Counted from the stretch's first letter, positions 10,022-19,637 are shown. The stretch is 64,000 bases of DNA from Verrucomicrobiota bacterium (GCA_049510745.1 JBEKYR010000002.1:128001-192000), one strand, 5' to 3'. Translations and numbers: made by a program. The notes: generated by a model from the letters alone, not told the origin.

Positions 10022-11459
10022 ATTCGTCCAACGGATGGGCAAACTTCAGGCCTTGCGGGCTGAGTTGGTTGATCTGCTCGCCGCTGCCTTGGGCCAAAAT
10101 CAAATGGCAGGCGTTGCAGTCGTTGGCTTTTATCGTCCTCTTCCCAACGGTCGAGACATGTTTGCCGTCATGGCATCGGAAACAGCCCGGCCAATCCTTG
10201 TGGCCGATATTGTCCGGGTAGGCCCGCCAATCGGCCTTCATCTCGGGGAAGAAATTATCCCTGTAAATCTGCTGCACGGTGTCGATGGCCGGCCGGATGC
10301 GCGGGTCCTGCGGGTAGTTGTCGGCCAGCGTGGTGGCGATGGTTTGCAGGGCGCTGGTCTCATCCTTGTAAGCGCGGCACAAGACTCCCACCGCGTTGGT
10401 CTTGATGTAGGGCAGGGCGGTGGAGATTTGACCCAGGGACATGGCCAGATTGACGGCGCTTTCCGGCGCCTGGAGCTTGTGGGCCGGGCGATTATGGCAA
10501 TCCATGCAGTCCATCGTTCGCTTGGCAAGCTGGCTGGCGTCATTGGTAAACCCCGCCGCGCGGAACTCCGTCACCACCCCCTGCGGGTCGGTCATGCGCA
10601 CCCACGGGATTTTTTGGCGCGCCTCGTCGGTGGCGATGTATTCAATCTTGTTGGCCACGTTCATGTGCCAATGGATGCCGCCGACCGGCCCGTGCGTGGG
10701 ATCGCCGCCGCCCACTTTGAGCAACAAACGAATGGCGTAAAGCGTGTTGGTCTGGTCCGGCAGATAGTAGGAGAGGGTGCGGTCAAGGTTGCCGACAAAT
10801 TTCTTCGGCCAATGGCATTGCTCGCACGTTTCCTGGGCCGGCCGCAGATTCTTGACAGGCGTGGGAATGGGCGTGGGATATTTGTGGGCCAGGGTCGCAT
10901 ACACCTGGTAGGTGCCGGACAATTTGGAGCGCACATACCACTCGGCGCCCTTGCCGATGTGGCATTCGGCGCAGGCGACCCGCGCGTGCGGGGAATGCCG
11001 GTAGCTTGTCAACTCCGGTTTCATCACCGTGTGGCACGCTTCTCCGCAAAACTCGACCGATTCCGTAAAGTGATACGTGTGGTAACTCCCCATCGCGGTC
11101 AGCAGAAGGAACCCGGCGGTGGCCGGGATGAAAAAGGCCAGCAGGCGCCGGTCATGCGCGCGCGCGAAATCAATGTTGATGTACAAAGACGGGGCGGCGC
11201 CGTTGGCTTTGGCCAACCGGCGGCGCCACCGCCAGGCGCCAAAGAGGAAGATGGCCAATCCCGCCGCCAGAAACGCCGGCGCCACCAGGAAGGTCAGAAT
11301 TCCCACGTACGGGTTCGCCGAATAGACGACCGCATCGAGGAAAAACAGCAGCAGAAACGCAAAAACACTCGAAGCCATCAGCACCAGCCCCGCCAGGGAA
11401 ACCCAGTTGCGAAAGAGCGAGGGCGGGCGAACCGATCCCGTTGGGGCAGGGGTGCTCAT
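9975..11459 (-). CDS. ImcH-like NapC/NirT-family membrane multiheme cytochrome c (7 hemes)
   Basis: Three N-terminal TM helices incl. NPYVGIL; CGEACH (CX3CH) plus 6 CxxCH. Confidence 0.85.
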   Translation of the reverse strand: MSTPAPTGSVRPPSLFRNWVSLAGLVLMASSVFAFLLLFFLDAVVYSANPYVGILTFLVAPAFLAAGLAIFLFGAWRWRRRLAKANGAAPSLYINIDFARAHDRRLLAFFIPATAGFLLLTAMGSYHTYHFTESVEFCGEACHTVMKPELTSYRHSPHARVACAECHIGKGAEWYVRSKLSGTYQVYATLAHKYPTPIPTPVKNLRPAQETCEQCHWPKKFVGNLDRTLSYYLPDQTNTLYAIRLLLKVGGGDPTHGPVGGIHWHMNVANKIEYIATDEARQKIPWVRMTDPQGVVTEFRAAGFTNDASQLAKRTMDCMDCHNRPAHKLQAPESAVNLAMSLGQISTALPYIKTNAVGVLCRAYKDETSALQTIATTLADNYPQDPRIRPAIDTVQQIYRDNFFPEMKADWRAYPDNIGHKDWPGCFRCHDGKHVSTVGKRTIKANDCNACHLILAQGSGEQINQLSPQGLKFAHPLDEYDPAYQCTDCHNGGM

Positions 11460-11530
11460 AAGCGGGCGCTGGAGGGTTGGAGCAACCCTTTCCGCCACTG
11501 CTCCAACGCCTCACGACGCCGTCGGCGTCT

Positions 11531-11857
11531 TTATTTCTTGAAGGTTCGGATATAGGCGACAAGCCCCTTGATCTGGTCGTCGGTCAAGCCTTCCGCGGGC
11601 TTCATGAGGGTTTTGTCGTCTTTTTTGAGTCCTTCCTTGATGGCTTTGACGGCGTCGTCGTCTTTCAACGCGTCCTGGACTTTGGGATCCGTGTAATCCT
11701 TTGCGCCCAGTTTCTGGCCCATTTTGGTCTGGCCCTTGCCGTCTGCACCGTGGCACTTGACGCACTCCTTCTCGTAGAGCGCCTTGCCGTCCTCCGCTTG
11801 CGCGGCCCACGCCGCCAGGACGGAGATGACTGCTGCAACTATGATGCTTTTCTTCAT
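11531..11857 (-). CDS. Periplasmic monoheme class I cytochrome c
   Basis: Signal peptide, CVKCH, distal Met (LMKPA), Lys-rich. Confidence 0.9.
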   Translation of the reverse strand: MKKSIIVAAVISVLAAWAAQAEDGKALYEKECVKCHGADGKGQTKMGQKLGAKDYTDPKVQDALKDDDAVKAIKEGLKKDDKTLMKPAEGLTDDQIKGLVAYIRTFKK

Positions 11858-11942
11858 GTTTCCTTTGGGCGTTCGTGCTTGCACGCCGTCTTCCCGGCGG
11901 CGAACGCCAGTCCGCCGGAAAATCGTTCCCGCCAAACCTCTC

Positions 11943-13202
11943 TCAAATGCGCGCCTCCGGCGGATTGGGATGGCGCACAGCGCCCGGGACCACGTTCTCG
12001 ATCGTCGGCAGGTCCAGGGCCAAAAAATACTTGACCAGCACCGTCAAAATCACGAAGGGCAGCGCCAGCAGCGCCAGGGAGAGAAGCCAGCCTTCCGAGC
12101 CGGCAAACTCCATCTTGTAGCTCATGAAACCGCGCAGGCTCTTGGAAAAAAGCTGGCCGCCAATCACCACGTTCCAGCGCATCGCCAGCACCCCCATCAG
12201 GATCAGCGCCGCGCAGGAGAAATAAACCCGGCGGCGGTTCAACTCCGCCACCTTCCGGCGGACCAGTTGCATCGATCCCAGCAAGAAGAGCGGCACCAGC
12301 GTGCCCAGGCAGGCCTGCCCGATCAGCAGCGTGTAAAACAACTTGCTCGCCGCCAGCGACCGCAGCACATCGATCCCCTCCTCGGCCGAATAAAGGCGGT
12401 GCAGCCAGTCCAGTCCTTCGATGGTGGCGTCGATCACCAGCGCATAAAACAGAAAGCTCGTCATCAAGTCCAGGCACCGCATGTCGGCCGTGATCCGGCG
12501 CGCCCAGCACAAAAACATGTAAACGAACACGCACAGCGCCATGCCCGACACCACCGCTGAGAGAATGAAAATGATCGGCATGAGCACGTTGCCCCACCAG
12601 GGATTGGCCTTGATCGAGCCGAAAATGAATCCGACATACCCGTGCAACAGAAACGCCGACGGAATGCCGACGACGGAAATGATCCGCCCCATGCGGTCGT
12701 CCAAACGCAGGGCCGGCTCGGAAAGGTCCGTCACGCCCAGGGTGAACGCCCGGTAGATGATGCCCCTCAAGCCGCTCTGGGTGTTGGCCCACTCCACAAA
12801 ATCCCGCCGGTAATCGAACCAGAGTTCCAACAGGAGCACGGCCATCAGGTACCAGGCATAGACAAAACCGAACATGGCCATGGGCGAACTGAAGTGCGGC
12901 GTCATCATGATCTCATAGCAACGCTCGGGATGGCCCAGGTGAAAAAGCAGCGGCAGCGTCGCGCACAGCAAAAACGCGAGCGCTGTCAACAATGCCAGCC
13001 GGTAAACCGGCTCCAGCGCCCTGACTTTGAAGACCCGCACCAGCGAGGCCATTATGAAAGCTCCCGCCACCAATCCGGTGATGTAGGGATAGACGACGAT
13101 CAGCACGCTCCACAGCGGATGCAGCGTCCGTTCGTTGGGATAGACGTAGCCCTCGAATTGCGGCAGCGCGTCCACCACGTTGGTCAAAATGGCGGCGTTC
13201 AT
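11943..13202 (-). CDS. NrfD/PsrC-family quinone-interacting membrane subunit
   Basis: WSVLIVVYPYITGLVAG, HLGHPER, SSPMA motifs; many TM helices; TAATG overlap with upstream Fe-S gene. Confidence 0.88.
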   Translation of the reverse strand: MNAAILTNVVDALPQFEGYVYPNERTLHPLWSVLIVVYPYITGLVAGAFIMASLVRVFKVRALEPVYRLALLTALAFLLCATLPLLFHLGHPERCYEIMMTPHFSSPMAMFGFVYAWYLMAVLLLELWFDYRRDFVEWANTQSGLRGIIYRAFTLGVTDLSEPALRLDDRMGRIISVVGIPSAFLLHGYVGFIFGSIKANPWWGNVLMPIIFILSAVVSGMALCVFVYMFLCWARRITADMRCLDLMTSFLFYALVIDATIEGLDWLHRLYSAEEGIDVLRSLAASKLFYTLLIGQACLGTLVPLFLLGSMQLVRRKVAELNRRRVYFSCAALILMGVLAMRWNVVIGGQLFSKSLRGFMSYKMEFAGSEGWLLSLALLALPFVILTVLVKYFLALDLPTIENVVPGAVRHPNPPEARI

Positions 13203-14008
13203 TATCGAACCTCCTCATCCAGGCCCGCGTAGGCCACGCGCGGTCCGGTGCCCAGATTGCGTTTCAGGCCCTCCACCTTGTTGTTGGAGATGAACCGTTG
13301 CAGCGGGTCGTCCGCCACGGGGTTTTTCAAATCGCCGAATATCCGGGCCTGCGAGGGGCAAATCTCCACGCACGCGGGCTTGAGTCCTTTCGTGATCCGG
13401 TGGTAGCACAGGGTACACTTGTCGGCGGTGTGCGTTTCCGGATTCAGAAACCGGCATCCGTACGGGCAGGCCTGCACGCAGAAACCGCACCCGATGCAAT
13501 AATTCTTGTCCACCAGCACCACGCCGTCCGGGGATTGGAAGGTGGCGCCGACCGGGCAGACCTGCGAGCAGGGCGACTTCTCGCAGAGGTTGCAGAGTTT
13601 GGGGACAAAGAACGATTTAAGAATGTCCTCCTTGGGAACGAGCGACACCGGGAAGCCCTCCTTCCCGCCGTCCGGCGAGTCCACGATGGTTTCGCCGCGG
13701 GTCTCGCCCGATCCCGGCTTGGGCTTGGTAATGACGTAGCGCTCGATCCAGGTGCGGAAATGGGAATCCGGGACGCTGTTCTCCTCCCGGCACGCTTCGA
13801 CGCACAGGCCGCATCCGATGCACCGGTCCACGTCCAGCGCCATCAGCCATTTGTGTTGGAACGGATCGTAGCCGGCGGGGGCGTGCGCGGAAACCAAGCC
13901 GTGCCGCACGGCCGCTTTGCAGGTGCGCCCGGCCGACAGGGTCAGAATGCCTCCGACAATTCCAGCCAGATTCTTCAAAACGCTGCGGCGGGTGATATTC
14001 TCGCTCAT
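13202..14008 (-). CDS. NrfC/DmsB-type 4Fe-4S protein with Tat signal
   Basis: TRRSVLK Tat motif; CIGCGLCVEAC, CNLCEKSPCSQVCP, CIGCGFCVQACP, KCTLC..ACVEICP. Confidence 0.9.
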   Translation of the reverse strand: MSENITRRSVLKNLAGIVGGILTLSAGRTCKAAVRHGLVSAHAPAGYDPFQHKWLMALDVDRCIGCGLCVEACREENSVPDSHFRTWIERYVITKPKPGSGETRGETIVDSPDGGKEGFPVSLVPKEDILKSFFVPKLCNLCEKSPCSQVCPVGATFQSPDGVVLVDKNYCIGCGFCVQACPYGCRFLNPETHTADKCTLCYHRITKGLKPACVEICPSQARIFGDLKNPVADDPLQRFISNNKVEGLKRNLGTGPRVAYAGLDEEVR

Positions 14009-14463
14009 GGAACCTCGTTGGGTTGGTGCGGAACATGGCACTCGGTGCAAACACTTCCGTTGTAATGGTTGTGGATGTTGATTTGGTGGAGCCATTTCGG
14101 CCGCGACGGGCTGGCCTGATGGCACCGCACGCACAAACTCATGTTGAGCTTGGGCAGTTTGTCGGCCGGATTCTCCACGTGCGCCCGGCCGGGGCCGTGG
14201 CAGGTTTCGCAGGACAACCCCTTGTGTTCCCCTTTGGCCAGCTTTTGCGCGTGGTCGGTATGGCATTCCACGCACGCCGCCTTTCCGGCCCAAAAGGGTT
14301 GCCGCGACGCGATCTCCTGCAACGCGGCTCCCCTGTAATGGCCGTATTGCCCAAAGGATAGCGGCGTCAGGAAGTAGCGCGCCGTGAAATAGGCGCACAC
14401 GATCCCGATCGTCAGCAGCACGAGCCGGATGATTTGCGGCGGCATTTTGAACAATCGCAACAT
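14005..14463 (-). CDS. Membrane-anchored tetraheme cytochrome c
   Basis: One N-terminal TM helix; CVECH, CETCH, CVRCH, CTECH. Confidence 0.88.
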   Translation of the reverse strand: MLRLFKMPPQIIRLVLLTIGIVCAYFTARYFLTPLSFGQYGHYRGAALQEIASRQPFWAGKAACVECHTDHAQKLAKGEHKGLSCETCHGPGRAHVENPADKLPKLNMSLCVRCHQASPSRPKWLHQINIHNHYNGSVCTECHVPHQPNEVP

Positions 14464-14570
14464 CGTGTCCGTTCTAAACTTCGCCGCGGTTTCCGGCGGC
14501 CTTTGCTCTCTGATTGATTTTCACATCCAAATCATCGCAACGCCAAGCAGATTCGGCTTCGCGGGAATTG

Positions 14571-15062
14571 TCATTTAAACGACATTTTTTGGGGAGTTGA
14601 TCCCTCAACCCCGCGCGAAACAGCCTGCCCTTCAAGCAAATCGGCCATTTCGCAAAGGCCCCGGTAATACTCTTCCCGGGGGATTCCCAGCGCCGCCGCG
14701 CCAAAGGCCTCCGCGTCATCGGACGACGCGAACTCCCCATAGTTGACAACAACCAACTGATAGAGCGCCAGGTGCGCCACCCGGTCCATCTCCGTCATGA
14801 AGAGCGGATGGACGTGAATGACAAATCCGTCTTCCGGCCGGCCGCCGTTTGGCTTCGGATAGGCGCACTCTCCCTTCTGGAGCGGGGCGGGGTCAAATAC
14901 GATCTGGCAGGGGTATCGGACACAGGCGCGGTCTTCGAGGATGCGCAATAGTTCGTTCCAGCCAATGCGCGGCCCGTACTTTTCAAAGATCTCGGCGCCC
15001 CTGGCGGCCGCGTGCCCGCTCAAGGATTGCCTGGCATCATCGGCTGTTAGTCTTTTTGACAT
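14571..15062 (-). CDS. Hypothetical protein within the cytochrome operon
   Basis: 163-aa ORF starting 11 bp after the NrfD stop; protein-like composition. Confidence 0.65.
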   Translation of the reverse strand: MSKRLTADDARQSLSGHAAARGAEIFEKYGPRIGWNELLRILEDRACVRYPCQIVFDPAPLQKGECAYPKPNGGRPEDGFVIHVHPLFMTEMDRVAHLALYQLVVVNYGEFASSDDAEAFGAAALGIPREEYYRGLCEMADLLEGQAVSRGVEGSTPQKMSFK

Positions 15063-15073
15063 GGGCGCGGCGG

Positions 15074-16810
15074 TTAGCCCCGGAGCGGGACGGCGGCGGA
15101 TGCACCGGGTTGCTCCGGCCCGCCTTCGTTCTCCCGGGACAATCGGCCCTGGAGTATCGGCACGGACATCCGCAGAAAAACCGTGTAGCAGAGCAGGCCG
15201 AAGGCCCAGATGCCGAAGCAAACCAGCGTCTCATTGAGGGACGGCCGGTATTCCATCATTTCGCCCAATGGCGTGGGGATGAAGCCGGGGATGACCAACC
15301 CCATTCCCTTTTCGATCCAGATGCCCACGATGCACAGGACGCACGTCAGGTTGAGCCATTTGAGGCTGCGGCTCACGGGCAACACCAGCAAGACCATCGC
15401 CACCAGGTTGAACGCGATCGCCGTCCAAATCCACGGCACCAGCGCGTGATGATGGTGCAGCCCGACGAATAGATATTTCGACGACGCCACATGCAGGTTG
15501 CCTGAATAGAATTCCTTGAAGACTTCGTTCAGCAGCAGGAACACGTTGATCAGCATGGAAACCTGCACGATGCTGCGCAGCGTCATCAGCGCGCGATCGG
15601 TGATCAGCAGCCGCTCGGACATCCGGGACCGGACGATTTTGTTCACCGGGGGCGATTTCATCAGCAGTCGCAAGGCGTCGGCGGTCAGGCTTAGAACCAG
15701 GCTCGGTTCTTCGGCCAGCGCCGTCGCCGTGCGCGGCGTGCCATTGAGGGCCGAGAGTTCTCCAAACTGTTCCCCCGGCCCGGCCGAGCGCGTAATCCGA
15801 AAACGCCCCCCCTCCTGCCTTTTCACCACCACGGCGCCCTGCAAGATAAAGAAGGCCCTGTTCTCGGTTTCTCCCTGGCGCAAAAGCGCGTCGCCGGGCT
15901 CAACCTCCAACACTTCCGCCAGCGGAAGAACTCGCTGGCGGCTTTCCACCGGCACCGACGCCATTTCGGGAAGATGCCGGCAGAGCAGGGCGAAGTCGTC
16001 CAGGGTCGCGGCGCGGCGCCTGGAGGGCGGCAACGGCGCGCCGCCCCCCGCGGGCGCTCCCGGGCCGAGTGAAGCGGATGAGGTCACGCGTCGCACGACC
16101 TGCATGGCGAGGATGATGAGAGCCGGCCCGGCGGTGAACGCCGAGGCCAGGAAACGCGGCCCCACGATCGACGAATTCCAAAACGGCCGCCCGCCCAGAC
16201 CCACATAGAGAAACGCCGTCACGGTGTGGATCGAGACCGCCCAGACGATGGCGATGAAGACGAACGGGATGTAAAACCATTTGCTCGGTTTGCTCTTGCG
16301 ATAGCGGCAGTAAAGCAGATAGCCGCAAATGTGGACGTTGAGCAGCAGGTAGCCGTTGAGCACAATGACGTCCCAACTGAGCATCGATCTGGGAAAGTTG
16401 AACTGCCCGATTCCAGGGATCAAATGCCAGAAACGATCCGGCCGCCCCAGGTCCACCGTCACAAACGCCAGGCACATCAGGATCGCCGCCACCGCCAGGA
16501 GTTCCCCGAAGATGACCAGGTCATGCAGGTCCTCGTTCTTGTAAATATAAACCGGGATGACCATCATGACCGCCGCCGCCGCCACTCCCACCAGGAAGGT
16601 GAAGTTGGCGATATAGACGCCCCACGAGACTTCGTCGCTCATCCCGGTGACGATCAGCCCGTGCGCAAACTGCCGGCAATAGGCGTTGAGGCCCAGCAGG
16701 CAAATCACGCTCAGCAGCCCGATCCACGCGTAGTAGCGCCAGTCGCCCACAAACGCGATGCCCGCGCAACGCCCCAGAAAAACAAGATAATTCCGCGTCG
16801 CGCGCCTCAT
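15074..16810 (-). CDS. NrfD/DsrP-like membrane subunit with inserted cNMP-binding domain
   Basis: SDEVSWGVYIANFTFLVGVAAAAV and DLGRPDRFWH (DsrP-like); internal soluble segment with LLRQGE, FFILQG, GEQFGELSALNGTPRTATA (cNMP-binding signature); TM helices resume afterwards; ATGA overlap at start. Confidence 0.85.
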   Translation of the reverse strand: MRRATRNYLVFLGRCAGIAFVGDWRYYAWIGLLSVICLLGLNAYCRQFAHGLIVTGMSDEVSWGVYIANFTFLVGVAAAAVMMVIPVYIYKNEDLHDLVIFGELLAVAAILMCLAFVTVDLGRPDRFWHLIPGIGQFNFPRSMLSWDVIVLNGYLLLNVHICGYLLYCRYRKSKPSKWFYIPFVFIAIVWAVSIHTVTAFLYVGLGGRPFWNSSIVGPRFLASAFTAGPALIILAMQVVRRVTSSASLGPGAPAGGGAPLPPSRRRAATLDDFALLCRHLPEMASVPVESRQRVLPLAEVLEVEPGDALLRQGETENRAFFILQGAVVVKRQEGGRFRITRSAGPGEQFGELSALNGTPRTATALAEEPSLVLSLTADALRLLMKSPPVNKIVRSRMSERLLITDRALMTLRSIVQVSMLINVFLLLNEVFKEFYSGNLHVASSKYLFVGLHHHHALVPWIWTAIAFNLVAMVLLVLPVSRSLKWLNLTCVLCIVGIWIEKGMGLVIPGFIPTPLGEMMEYRPSLNETLVCFGIWAFGLLCYTVFLRMSVPILQGRLSRENEGGPEQPGASAAVPLRG

Positions 16811-17763
16811 ACGTCGAAGTAGTAGAAGAAGCGCGGGGAGGTGCCCATTTCCTCCTTCAACTGGATGAAGACGCGTTTGTTTCTCAGGATGTAGGAAACC
16901 TCGCTGTTCGGATCGAGGACGTTGCCGAACTTGCGCGCCCCGGCCGGGCAGACCTCCAGGCACGCCGGATAGCGCCCAATGCGCGTGCGCTGGATGCAGA
17001 AGTGGCACTTCTCCATCACTCCCTGCCGCCGCGGCCGGTTGCCCAGATACGCCATCTCGGGGTTGAGCCGTTCCTTTGGAATGGACGGCTGGGTGAAGTT
17101 GAATCGCCGCGCCCAATAGGGGCACGCCGCTTCGCAATAACGGCACCCAATGCACCAGTCATAATCGATCACCGTGATCCCGTCCGCTTCCTGCCATGTC
17201 GCATGAACCGGGCAAACCTTGACGCACGGCGGATTCTTGCATTGCTGGCACTGCACCGGCATGTAGAAAAAACCCTTTTCCGGGACGGATTCCGGCGCAT
17301 AAAAGTGTTCGGCTTTGTCAATGTCCAGCGAACCGTCCGGCAGCCGCAGCACGCGGATGTATTGAATCTCCGGATCGCGCGACTGGTTGTTCTCCGCCAC
17401 GCACGCATGAACGCATTTGCGGCATCCGATGCAACGGGTCAGATTGAGACAGTAAACGAATTCCACCCCGTCCATCGGCTTCAAATCCCGCACGTGCGGA
17501 CGCAACCCATACTGCTTTTCCACTTCGTCCTCGATCCGCGTTAAAACCTTGGCCATGTCCTGGGGCGTCATCTCCTTGTAATACTTCTGCAGGAACCGCT
17601 CCATGCTGGGGAAATCGTTCATTTCCAGCAGCGGCTTCAGGCTGGCCGCCAGCGCCGCCAACCCCGTCGCCACCACGGCGGAAGTGCGCAGGAAACTGCG
17701 CCGCCCCATGCCGTTGGCCGGCGGCCCTGGATTCCTGGCTGGAGACGACGGTGGATTGTTCAT
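16807..17763 (-). CDS. NrfC/DsrO-type 4Fe-4S protein with Tat signal
   Basis: GRRSFL Tat motif; CIGCRKCVHAC, CQQCKNPPCVKVCP, CIGCRYCEAACP, KCHFC..ACLEVCP. Confidence 0.9.
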   Translation of the reverse strand: MNNPPSSPARNPGPPANGMGRRSFLRTSAVVATGLAALAASLKPLLEMNDFPSMERFLQKYYKEMTPQDMAKVLTRIEDEVEKQYGLRPHVRDLKPMDGVEFVYCLNLTRCIGCRKCVHACVAENNQSRDPEIQYIRVLRLPDGSLDIDKAEHFYAPESVPEKGFFYMPVQCQQCKNPPCVKVCPVHATWQEADGITVIDYDWCIGCRYCEAACPYWARRFNFTQPSIPKERLNPEMAYLGNRPRRQGVMEKCHFCIQRTRIGRYPACLEVCPAGARKFGNVLDPNSEVSYILRNKRVFIQLKEEMGTSPRFFYYFDV

Positions 17764-17764
17764 A

Positions 17765-18409
17765 TCATTCGTGGCTGGCCGGCGCGGCGTCGGCGGCGGT
17801 CATCTCCCTCAACGGATGCGGGCCGGGCGCGGGCTTTCGCGAAGGAAACCGGGGCGAATGCGGGTTGTGGCAGTTCACGCAGTCCTTTCGTTCTATCGGG
17901 CCTTGGCTTCGGTCCCAATACCCGCTGATCCTGCCATGCGCTCCAGCCTCCCAGTCCCGATAGGTCGGCCCGTGACAACTGCCGCACAATTGCGTGCTGT
18001 CGGCGAATTTCAGCTCCCGCCCGTCACGCGGCTGGAGCAGCACGAGATTGGTCTCGTTGTGACAGTTAAAGCAGTTGTTGTTGCGCCCGTGCCGTCCGTG
18101 CCCCATCACGACGTCCGCGTGCTCCGTCGGAACAATGATGACCTGATTGGTGTCCAGCCGCAGCACCGGGGGCTTCTTCTTGTCATGACAAGCGTAGCAG
18201 TCAAAATCCGACAGGTCCGCCCCCGCCCGCGCCAGGTCCGCGTAGGACCGCCGGGTGGTTGACAGGTCAAGAAAGTTTGTGTCCACCAGCGCAATCGCCG
18301 GGCGCCTCCACTGCGTTTCGACCGCGCCGGACAGAAAGGCCAGCGCCAGCGCCGCGAAGGCCGCGGACAGAACCGCCAGGCTGATTCCGGTCTTGGCGTT
18401 GGTTGTCAT
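17765..18409 (-). CDS. Membrane-anchored tetraheme cytochrome c
   Basis: N-terminal hydrophobic helix; CYACH, CFNCH, CGSCH, CVNCH. Confidence 0.87.
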   Translation of the reverse strand: MTTNAKTGISLAVLSAAFAALALAFLSGAVETQWRRPAIALVDTNFLDLSTTRRSYADLARAGADLSDFDCYACHDKKKPPVLRLDTNQVIIVPTEHADVVMGHGRHGRNNNCFNCHNETNLVLLQPRDGRELKFADSTQLCGSCHGPTYRDWEAGAHGRISGYWDRSQGPIERKDCVNCHNPHSPRFPSRKPAPGPHPLREMTAADAAPASHE

Positions 18410-18545
18410 CGCGTCATGCGGTTCGGTCGGGCCGGCGGGTTTCGTGGCTCACATCGCCCATCAGGGCCGCGCCTTGGACTCCGGTGACGGCCGCGTGGAC
18501 GGAGATGGCCGGACACGCTCCACCTTCCGTCCGGGCGCGCTTGGG

Positions 18546-18875
18546 CTATTTCTTGAACGCGCGAACCTTGGCCACCAGCGCCTTGATATCGTCGTCCGAC
18601 AGGCCCTCGGCGGCTTTCATCTTGGTCTTGTCCCCGTCTTTGATCCCCTCCTTGATCGCCTTGGTCGCCTGCTCATCGGTGAAAGACGCTTGATAGGTGG
18701 CGTCGGTAAAGTCCTTCACCTCCATTTTCTTGCCGATCTTCGTATCGCCCTTGCCATCGGCGCCGTGGCATTTCTGGCAGGTCTTATCCCAGTTCGCCGC
18801 GGCGTCGTCGGCGGTCAGGGCGGCGGAGCTTGCCGCAAGGGCAAGAATTGTCAGATAGAATTTCGTTCGTTTCAT
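18546..18875 (-). CDS. Periplasmic monoheme cytochrome c (paralog of 11531-11857)
   Basis: Signal peptide; CQKCHGADGKGDTK vs CVKCHGADGKGQTK. Confidence 0.9.
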   Translation of the reverse strand: MKRTKFYLTILALAASSAALTADDAAANWDKTCQKCHGADGKGDTKIGKKMEVKDFTDATYQASFTDEQATKAIKEGIKDGDKTKMKAAEGLSDDDIKALVAKVRAFKK

Positions 18876-19325
18876 AGTTTTCAGCGTATCATTTATTCGG
18901 ATTCTGGCCATGCCGGGCAGCCGCGGCCAAAGCACGGCCCCGGCACAGCTCGTGTTTCTTCGGAAACAACATGGCCGACCCTCCTTGTCTGTGCTGCCCC
19001 GGAATTGTCATTTGCTTCGCTTTTTTTGGCATCTGGCTGCCACAGAACGGATTAGCCGGGGGCAAATCTCCGATGGGAGCAGCCCGCGTCCACAGAACGG
19101 CATGAACCAACCAAAACAAGGGATGCCGCGGCCAATTTTTGGTTAGCCACCACGAGAAGACAAGATGAGCAACTATGGCGCAGGAATTTTTGCCTCTGGC
19201 AAGGCACTCGTGAGCCGCATGGGCGAGGATCGGGGCGTGAGACGGCGCTTGGGTAGTGTACCAATGTAAAATCCGGCGTTCTACTTTCCGCTTGATTCTC
19301 CCGCCAGCGGGGCCAAGGTTTGCCT

Positions 19326-19637
19326 ATGCCTACGCGCCTAAGCAAACAGAAACTGGAAGAAGCAGAGAGCATTAATTCACTGGCCGCCCGCATTGCCGCC
19401 CAAACGACCGGTCAGGAACCGTCCACACCGCAGCCCCCGCCACTCAGGGAGAAAAATGCTGCCGCTGTGGCGCTGGGGCGTTTGGGTGCGAGCAAAGGCG
19501 GAAAGGCGCGGGCTGAGAATCTCTCCGCCTCTCAGCGAAAGAGAATCGCCACAAATGCCGCCAAAATGCGATGGGCTAAAAGAGGCTTTGTTCAAATTTC
19601 CGAATCATCTCCTAAATCATCCTCGGAAGTGGGGTAA
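19326..19637 (+). CDS. Small basic protein of the KNxAAVALGRLGxxKGGKARA type (histone-H1-like, often mobile-element associated)
   Basis: EKNAAAVALGRLGASKGGKARAENLSASQRKRIATNAAKMRW. Confidence 0.7.
   Translation: MPTRLSKQKLEEAESINSLAARIAAQTTGQEPSTPQPPPLREKNAAAVALGRLGASKGGKARAENLSASQRKRIATNAAKMRWAKRGFVQISESSPKSSSEVG

Noticed and set aside
15074..18409. DsrMKJOP sulfur-metabolism complex
   Set aside because: Only DsrO/P-like genes are present; no dsrM, dsrK or dsrAB in the window
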